In this document: positions 55,279 through 64,000 of the stretch, piece by piece | Layout of the letters: each line of letters opens with the position of its first letter | Position numbering within the stretch: position 1 is the stretch's first letter | DNA from: the human T2T-CHM13v2.0 reference genome, Homo sapiens | Assembly: GCF_009914755.1 (NCBI RefSeq) | Contig: NC_060925.1 | DNA length: 64,000 nt | Direction: 5' to 3' (one strand) | Notes under the pieces: model-generated | What the model was told of the DNA's origin: nothing | The model's input: only the letters and a program-made list of their open reading frames with translations | Database searches by the model: none | Position numbers and translations under genes: made by a program

Positions 55279-55668
55279 TTAATATCCATCAATTGATAAA
55301 ATATATGATGGCAAGAAGCTCTATGAATTCAGGAAAACTTTCAAATAAATTTACTTCTTGTTAATCACAACTTTATCTACTTTCCTTTAAAATGGCACAT
55401 ATATGTATGAAACTTTTTTTCCTCTAGAAAATACCCAGTGCAGTAAAACTTTGCAAATCTAGATGCCCTTTGTCCCAGGCTCCTGAGTCTAGTGATTGGG
55501 ACTCATTTTCTAGTCCAGACCATCTTCTAATGGGAGTTGATCATATCTGTTACTATCTGCCTTCCCCTAGACTGAGAGATCTTTAGGGAAAGGATCTCTG
55601 CCTTTTTCATATCCCTAGCACCCAGCATAGGACACAAAACAAAATGAGTTTTTAAGAATTCTGGTTGA

Positions 55669-56251
55669 CATTGTGGAAGTCAGTGTGACAATTCCTCAGG
55701 GATCTAGAACTAGAAATACCATTTGACCCAGCCATCCCATTACTGGGTATATACCCAAAAGATTATAAATCATGCTGCTATAAAGACACATGCACATGTA
55801 TATTTATTACGGCACTATTCACAATAGCAAAGACTTGGAACCAACCCAAATGTCCAACAATGATAGACTGGATTAAGAAAGTGTGGCACATATACACCAT
55901 GGAATACTATGCAGCCATAAAAAATGATGAGTTCATGTCCTTTGTAGGGACATGGATGAAGCTGGAAACCATCATTCTCAGCAAACTATCCCCAGGACAA
56001 AAAAACCAAACACCGCATGTTCTCACTCATAGGTGGGAATTGAACAATGAGAACACTTGGACACAGGAAGGGGAATATCACACACCAGGGCCTGTTGTGG
56101 GGTGGGGGGAGGGGGGAGGGATAGCATTAGGAGATATACCTAATGTAAATGACGAGTTAATGGGTGCAGCACACCAACATGTCACATGTATGCATATGTA
56201 ACAAACCTGCACGTTGTGCACATGTACCTTAGAACTTAAAGTATAAAAAAA
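55669..56251 (+). mobile_element. 5'-truncated L1PA5-like element
   Basis: ORF2 C-terminus (MIDWIKKVWHIYTMEYYAAIK) and 3'UTR; perfect 15-bp TSD AAGAATTCTGGTTGA 55654-55668 / 56252-56266. Confidence 0.93.
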
Positions 56252-56382
56252 AAGAATTCTGGTTGAATGAATGAAAACACATAATCATTTTATTATTATT
56301 TAACTTGAGATGGTATCCAGATATTCTCACATATTCAGTTTCTGCTGGGTTTTCCAAAGGAAAATAATTTCTGGTTCAGTTT

Positions 56383-56910
56383 TCCAAAAGAAAATAAATC
56401 ATTCTACCAAAAAGACACATACAATTGTACATTCATTACAGCACTATTCACAATAGCAAAGACATGGAATCAACCTAGATGGCCATGCATGATGGGTTGG
56501 ATAAAGAAAATATGGTACATGTCTACCATGGAATACTACAAAAAATAACAAGTGCATGTTCTTTGCAGCAACATGGATGACACTGGAGGTCATTATCCTA
56601 AGCAAACTAATACAGGAAAAGCAAGCCAAATACCCCATGTTCTCACTTATAAGTGGGAGCTAAACATTGAGTACATAGGGCCATAAAGATGGGAACAATA
56701 AACACTGGAGACTACTAGACAGGGGAGGTAGGAAGAGGGGAAGAGTTGCAAAACTACTTATGGGGTACTACGCTCACTACTTGAGTGATGGGTTCAGTTG
56801 TACCACAAACCTCAGCATCACATAATATACTCATGTAACAAACCTGCATATGTACCCTGGATCCTAAAATAAAAGAAAAAATAAATAAAAATTAAAAAAA
56901 TTAATAAAAT
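56383..56910 (+). mobile_element. L1PB/L1MA 3' end
   Basis: CAAAAAGACACAT..GCACTATTCACAATAGCAAAGACATGGAATCAACC..A-rich tail. Confidence 0.88.
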
Positions 56911-57529
56911 CCTGATTTTCTTTCTCCCTAGTGATGAAGATAATCAAAGTTCAGCCCATTTCCTTCAGGTGCTCCTCTATGTAAGCTGAGAAAGCCTTCC
57001 CTGGCTCGGGTTTATTTTCCTGCTTCTAGATACTCTTTAGCAATGCATCATCTTCCTAAAGTGCCTGGCTCAGTCCACGGAGTAAAATGTACTAAACGAG
57101 TAGGCACATCCTGTCCTTCAGATGTTCCAGCTTGAAACTCAAATTTCTGCACTTGCACATGCTTGTTTGGCTAAATGTGTCTTGTAGCTTAAGCCACTGC
57201 ACACAGCTGATCTTTTATTTTGAACATTAATGTATAAATCTGAAGGGAAGAATCACCTGGCTTTATAAAGAGGCATTTCAATCCTTGTCACTTTAATTGA
57301 ATCCTTTTGATGGTAGAGGCCAGCAGAGACACCAAAACCCAGGATGTGATTCTTTAATTCTAGGTTGTCCTTGGACTCATGGAGAGAAAGCTGGCCCTGA
57401 GCTCTTGGGGGCACTGCTCACCAGGAACAAATTGACACATGGATTTGGAAGTTCAATTGGCGAGTCGGCTGCTATTTCACAGGCATCCCCTTTTGCCCCT
57501 GAGAGTGGTTCTTCCAGCCACCAATTTAA

Positions 57530-57692
57530 AGTGGAGGGAGAGGGACAAAAAACCACCTGCCAGGTATTATGCTTATTACCTGGGTGTCAAAATCATCCAT
57601 ACACCAAACTTCTGTGACAAGCAGTTTACCTATATAACAAACCTGCACATGTACTCCTGAACTGAAAATAAAAGTTAAAAAAAAACAATAAA
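57530..57692 (+). mobile_element. Short L1PA/PB 3' end
   Basis: GTATTATGCTTATTACCTGGGTG..TTTACCTATATAACAAACCTGCACATGTAC..AAATAAAAG. Confidence 0.85.
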
Positions 57693-58288
57693 ATGGTAAA
57701 AATGTCCCACATGGGCAGTAGACAATGACAGTTGTTGCTCTGGAGGTGGGAAAGGCTGAATGGTGGTCTTGAAATAGATGGGACATGGAATACACACACA
57801 GGCGAGCACTCACGCTGCAGGGCAGAGGACCAGACACCTCTCATGTGGACTCCTGCTGACTGGCGAACTCCCCTGTGTCTTCAGCCTCTTCCCCACACCC
57901 CATTCCCCCACTGCCTTTTTTGGAAACATGGCTATTGCCTGAGGACAGCCCTGCTCTGGCAGCGGTCTCATGTGGAGCCTGTGTTTTCAAGATCGTGTTT
58001 CCAAATACCCCATGACCAAGGAGGGAGGCTGGTTGTTCCCCTTACTCCTTGTGGCTGCGTCCAGACCACCTCTGTCCTGTTTCTGAAAGCAACCACTCTG
58101 TTGAGACCCAGGAACTAGGGGTCTCAACACACCCTCCCCCAAGCAGGCATACATGACTGTTGGTGCTACCGCTGACCTGGGCCCTCTCCTGCATTCACTG
58201 AAGACTTAGTTCCTTGTTCTTTATCTTCTCATTTGTCTAGTTACTGCTCATCCCAAAGTCCACACAAATGACTCTTCTAATACACTGT

Positions 58289-58672
58289 TGTTATGGGCTG
58301 AATTGTGCCCTCCCCTGACCAAATTCATAGGTTGATGTCCTAACCCCTGTGCCCCAGAATGTGACTGCATTTAGAGACAGGGCCTTTAAAGAGGCAATTA
58401 AGGTAAAATGAAGTTATATCCAACATGACTAATGTCCTGATAAGAAGAGGAGATTAGGATACACAAACACATAGACTGAGGGACAGGCTTATGAGGACAC
58501 AGTAAGAATATGGCCAATTGCAAGCCTGGGAGAGAGGTCTCAGAAGAAATCGAACCTGCCAACACCTAGACCTTGGACTTCTAGCCTCCAGAATGCTGAG
58601 AAAATACATTTCTGCTATTTAAGCCACCCAGTCTGCGGTACTTTGTTACAGCAGCCCTAGCAAAGGAACGCA
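58289..58672 (+). mobile_element. MLT1A0/B MaLR LTR
   Basis: TGTTATGGGCTGAATTGTG..AGAATGTGACTG..GGACTTCTAGCCTCCAGAA..AAGCCACCCAGTCTG. Confidence 0.88.
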
Positions 58673-58677
58673 TCAAC

Positions 58678-59050
58678 TGATAGGTTTGGCTGTGTCCCCA
58701 CCCAAATCTCATTTTGAATTGTAGTTCCCATAATCCCCATGTATCGTGGGAGGGACCCAGTCGGAGGCAATGTAATCATGGAGGTGGTTACCCTTATGCT
58801 GTTTTCGTGATAGTGAGTGAGTTCTCAGAAGATCTGATGGTTTTATAAGGGGCTTTCTCAACTTTTACTCGGCACTTCTCTTTGCTGCTGGCATGTGAAG
58901 AAGACGTGTTTGCATCCCCTTCTGCCAAGATTGTAAGTTTCCTGAGGCCTCCCTTGCCATGCTGAACTGTGAGTCACTTAAACTCTTTACTTTATAAATT
59001 ACCCAGTATCGGGTATGTCTTTATTAGCAGTGTGAGAACGAACTAATACA
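58678..59050 (+). mobile_element. THE1C/D solo LTR
   Basis: TGATAGGTTTGGCTGTGTCCCCACCCAAATCTC start and AACTAATACA end. Confidence 0.93.
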
Positions 59051-59276
59051 CCACCCTTTGGGTTTTTACAGCTCCTCATTCTCAAAGGACACCCTCTTCC
59101 ACTTCACCACTGATGCCCAAGGTTTCCCCTTCAACTCTAAATTATTACCACAAATGGTACTACTACCTCCAAAATTAAAATTCCAGCACCGTGCCCTCTG
59201 ATTACAACCTATCCTTACATTTAGTTTCTCAATTCCCCCTGAAATCCAATTATTGATTCTCATCTCCCATCCCCAG

Positions 59277-59284
59277 CACACACA

Positions 59285-59323
<39 letters not shown>
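59277..59323. repeat. (CA)n microsatellite
   Basis: Direct reading. Confidence 0.95.
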
Positions 59324-59327
<4 letters not shown>

Positions 59328-59329
59328 CC

Positions 59330-60880
59330 CCCTGCCCTCAGCTCCCCTTTGTGTTTGCTTCTCTTCTTTCACCAATGAGATTTTGTAGTCTGTTACCATA
59401 ATTATGCCCTTGCAAAGAATCTCAACTCCCTTGTTCATCTCTTCATTTTTTATACTCTGTTGAAAAATTCCAGATATGAAGGAACCCATTCATTTTTCTT
59501 CCCCATGGCTATATCCAAGCAGGTTAAATACATCACACATCCAAGGTGACCAGCTTTGCTAGTGTTATTTTTTAATTTTACCCCTTTCTTCACTGAGACT
59601 TACATTAAGAAATATCTTACTGGTGCCACACAAGCCTGTCTTTAGGAGGACTCTCATCAGTAGCTGGCAATCCCAGCGTCCAGATTTCCCACTCACTCAG
59701 AGGTCTATTTCATGCTTTCTCTCTTGCCAACCTCCTATGCCACAATTTTCATGGCTCCATTCATAGTAAATGCTCCTTTACTTGGTGTAGTATGGATTCA
59801 GCTACCCCTGCTCCAAGTGTGACTGATTTTGCCAAGGTTACCAGCAATATCCTTGTTATTAAATTCTGTAGACACTGTACTTTTACTGACCCTTTCAGCT
59901 TCTTTAACACAGCTGATACTTCCCTCCTCAAAATGCGCTCCATGACATCGATGTCTTCTCTTTTTCACCTATCCTCTGGCCACTTCTCTGTCTTCTTCGT
60001 GGTTTCATCAACTTTCTTCTGTGTGTTCCCCTGGACTTACCTAGGGCTTTGGCTCTCTCTGAACTCTCCTCTCACTCTCATCCTTTTCTAGAGCTTCTGA
60101 CAGCTTTGCTGTCAGAGGCTGAAGACTCTCTATATTCCCAGACCAAACTCTCCTTTGACGTCCACACTTGTATATCCAGAGATGTCACAGACTTCTCCAC
60201 TTGATCCTCAGACTTACCACATCCAGATGTTCCCAGGCTCCTCCCTCTGGCCACACACAACTCTCCCAGTCTTTCCCACCTTTGCAAATGAAATGGCATC
60301 ACCCTTTGCTCAATTTCTCCAGTCAGAAACCTGGATGCTATCCTTGTTTCTCTCTCTCTTCCAATTCCTTCCTTCCCCCACATCCATCTATTATTAAGTT
60401 CAGTTCTTCTCATCTCCTAAATATGTCTTGAAATGGTCAATTTTCTTTTCTCTGCTGCTGCTACCTAGTAGTTCTGATCATTTTTATTTCTTACAAAGAC
60501 AACTGCACTGGCTTCTTTTCTAGTTTCCCTGATTTGGCTCTTGGCTTCTCCAATTTCTTTCCCACACAGCTGCTAGAGTAATCTTTTTAAAAACTCAAAT
60601 TGGATCATGGTGTTTCCCTTCTTAAAACTCTCCAATGGCTTTCCATTATACTTTTTTAAAAAAACTGAACACTCCTTTTCCTGGCTTAACTGGGCCTATG
60701 TGATCCGGACCATGTCTAACTCAATGGTTTTCCATTCTATTCTCTTTTTTCATCAACTCTGTGCCAGCCCCATTGACCTTTTACCTTCTTAAACGACAAG
60801 CATTTTGTGTAATCAAGCTTTACATATCCTATTCCATCTGTCTTTAACCATTTCCCTTTTGTGTACATGGCTGTCCCTTT
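59330..60880 (+). mobile_element. L2
   Basis: Pyrimidine-rich L2 body (CCACACAGCTGCTAGAGTAATCTTTTTAAAA; CTTAAAACTCTCCAATGGCTTTCC). Confidence 0.7.
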
Positions 60881-60884
60881 CTTA

Positions 60885-63800
60885 TTTATATATTTTTAAA
60901 TAATCCTATTTTTTGAAATAAAATTCAAATATATATTGAAATGCATAACATAAGCTGTACAGTTTTGATGAATAGATACATCTGTGTAACTTACACTCCT
61001 GTCAAGAAAGCCCTTTCATGTCCTCTCCCAGTCAATTCTCACCCCCAATCCACAGGCAAACCACCCTGTTTTGATTTTTTCACAATTTTTTTTTATGTTT
61101 TAGAACTTTATATACATGGGTTAATATAGTATAGCAAATTTTGTGTCTGGCTTCTTTTGCTCAGTACAATATCTGTGATATTTATCCATGTTGTTGCATG
61201 TATCCATAACATACTTTTTTATTGTTGATTGGTGTTTTCATTTTATGAATACATCACAATTTTTAAACCCATTCTCATACTGATGTACATTTGGGTTATT
61301 TCTGGTTTTGGTTATTAGGAATAAATTTGCCATGAACAAGTTATTGAATGAGTATTTTATTTTATCTCTCTTTGATATATACCTGGAACTGAAATTATGC
61401 AGTCACAGGGTAATTCTAGGCTTCACTTTATAAGAAACTGCCAAAACTGTTTCCAAAGTAGATGTACCATTTTATGTCCTCCCTAGCAATATATGAAAAT
61501 TCTGGTTGCTCATACCCTTAGTAATATTTTGTTTTCAATCTTTTAACTGTTTGCTATTCTAATGAGTATGTAGTACAACCCATCGTGATTTTAATTTTCA
61601 TCTCTCTGACAATGAATGAGGTTGAAAACTTTTCCATTTGCTTTCCAATTATTCGTATATTTTTCATTGTCTCTCCTTGAGACTCTTGAGACTCTTTGAG
61701 ACTCTCCTCAAGTCCTTTGACTATATTTATTGGGTTGTTTGTCCTTTTTATTTTGGAATTGTAGTTCTTTATATATTCTAGATACAAGTCCTTTGTAAGA
61801 TATATGTTTTGTGAATGCTTTAGCCCAGGCTGTGTTTTGCCCATTCATTTTCTTAATGGTGTCTTTTCATGAGCAGAACATTTAAATTTTGATGAAGTCT
61901 AATTTATCAATTTCTTATTTTACAGTCATTGCTTTCTGTGCCTTGCCTGATAGATCTCTGATGACCCCAGGTTACAGTAGTATTTTGTGGTTTTTTTTCC
62001 TAAAAGCTTTACAGTTTCATGTTTTACATTTAGGTCTGTGTCTATGCATCTTGAATTAATTTGGGTACACAATGTGAGACAGAGTTTGAAGTTTATTATT
62101 TTCATGTGGGTCATCCACTTGTTCCAGCAACAATTTTTGAAAGACTTTCTTTTTTATTGTGATAAAATAAATATAACATAAAATTAGCCATTTTAGCCAT
62201 TTTCAACTGTGCAATTCAGTGACATTAGTTACATATATGGTGTTGTACAACCATCTGTACTATCTATTTCCAAAACTTTTTGGTTACCACAAATAGAAAC
62301 TTTGTTATCATTAGGCAATAATTGCTCATCTCTCCACCTCCTCACTTAGGCCCTGGTAACTTTTAATCTACTTTATGGTTTTATAAATTTGCTTATTATG
62401 GATATTTCTAATAATGAATCATACATTTGTCTTTTGTGTCTGGCTTATTTCATTTAGCATAATATTGTCAAGATTTGTTCATCTTGCAGCATGTGTCAGA
62501 ACTTCATTCCTTTTTATGGCTGAATAATATTTCATTGTACATATATCCCACATTTTGTTTATCCATTTATCTGTTGACAGACACTTGAGTTGCTTCTACA
62601 TTTTGGCTATTGTGAATAATTCTGCAATAAATATTGATATACATGCATCTGTATTTTTTTATAATCTCTTTTATCTCTGTAAGGTTGGCAGTAATACCCC
62701 ACTTTTGTTTTTACTTTTAGTTGCATCTTTTCTCTTTTTTCTTCGTCAGGCTACCTAAGAGCAATTTTACTGATCTTTTCCAGAAATCAACTATGGCTTC
62801 AGTAATTCTATTTTTTTTCTATTCTGTGTTTTACTTAACTCCACTCTAGTTTTTATTATTTTCTTTCCTCTGCTACTTTTGGATGTAGTTTGATCTCTTT
62901 CTAGTTCCTCAAGGTGTAAAGTTAGGTTATTTGAGATTCTTTCTTCTTTATTAATTTAGGCATTTACATTTATACATTTCTCTTTGAGCGCTGCCTTTCC
63001 TGCATTCCATAGCTTTTAGTAAGTTGTATTTTTATTTACATTCATGTCTTTTTTTTCTAATTTCTCTTGTGGCTTCTTTATACCCATTGGTTTAGAGTGT
63101 TGTCTTATTTCCACAAATTTGCAGATTTTTCAGTTTTATTTCTGTTATTGATTGAAGTTTCATTCCATTGTGATCAGAAAATACACTTTTTATGATTTTA
63201 ATTTTTTTGATTTTAATATTTTTAAGTTTGTTAATACTTCTTTTGTGGCCTAACATATGATCTATCCTGGAGAATACTTCATGTATACTTGAGAAGAGTA
63301 TATTCTGCTGTTGTTGAGTGGAAATGTTCCATATATATCTGTTAGGTCTTGTTGATTTATAGTATTTTTCAAGTCTGCTATTTCCTTATTTATCTTCTGT
63401 CTAGATGTTCCATCTATTGTTGAAAGTAGAATACCAAAGTCTACAGCTATTGTAGAACTATCTATTTCTCTCTTCCATTTTTTCAGTGTTTGTTTTATAT
63501 ATTTTGGGGTTTCATATATTTTGGTCCATATTTGTTCATAATTGTTATATTTTCTTGATCAGTTGACCCATTTATCAATATATAATGTTTTTCTTTGTCA
63601 CTTATAACAGTTTTTCACTTAAACTCTATTTGCATGATTTTATTAAAGCCCCTTTGGCTTTCTTGTTGTTACTATTTGCTTGAAATTTCTTTATCCATCC
63701 TTTCACTTTCAACTTATTTTGTGTCTTTGGATCTAAAGTGATCTTTTGTAGCCAGTCTATAGCTGGGTCATGCTTGAAAAAAATCAATTCTGGCAATCTC

Positions 63801-64000
63801 TGCCTTTTGATTGGAGAATTTAACCCATTTACACTTGACATGATTACTGATAAAGAAGGACATGCTTCTGCCATTTCGCTATGCATTTTCTGTATGTCTT
63901 ATGAATTCTTTTATCTCTAATTTCTTCTATTTCTGCCTTCTTTTGTGTATAGATGATTTTTTGCTAGTGAACTGTTTGATGCCCTTCTAATTTCTTTTTG
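60885..64000 (-). mobile_element. Cluster of old L1M fragments (3' ends at ~60885 and ~62150; ORF2 5' part at 62650-64000)
   Basis: ORF 63626..63886(-) SVNGLNSPIKRQRL..KLKVKGW..ANSNNKKA is the L1 endonuclease N-terminus. Confidence 0.85.

Overview
Primate (hominoid, human-like) genomic DNA that looks intronic or intergenic. It is dominated by interspersed repeats: L1, Alu, L2, MIR, MaLR/ERV LTRs, and Tigger and hAT DNA-transposon fossils. I can support no intact host protein-coding gene, tRNA, rRNA or CRISPR array, and nearly all ORF-track entries are chance or repeat-derived. Main recognisable elements: (1) a full-length but dead L1PA2-type LINE-1 (12450-18542) with a 17-bp TSD, a 33-nt 3' transduction and an open antisense ORF0; (2) an ancient, near full-length ferritin heavy chain (FTH1) processed pseudogene on the minus strand (~38395-39205), missed by the ORF track, which still carries a decayed iron-responsive element; (3) a perfect 110-bp tandem duplication inside an ancient L2; (4) a hierarchical 34/35-bp minisatellite built from an L2 3' end; (5) several non-repeat stretches with dense developmental TF-motif clusters (candidate enhancers or promoter). 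I found no convincing evidence of a wholly new biological system. Repeat subfamily names come from recalled consensus sequences, and boundaries of old repeats are approximate.
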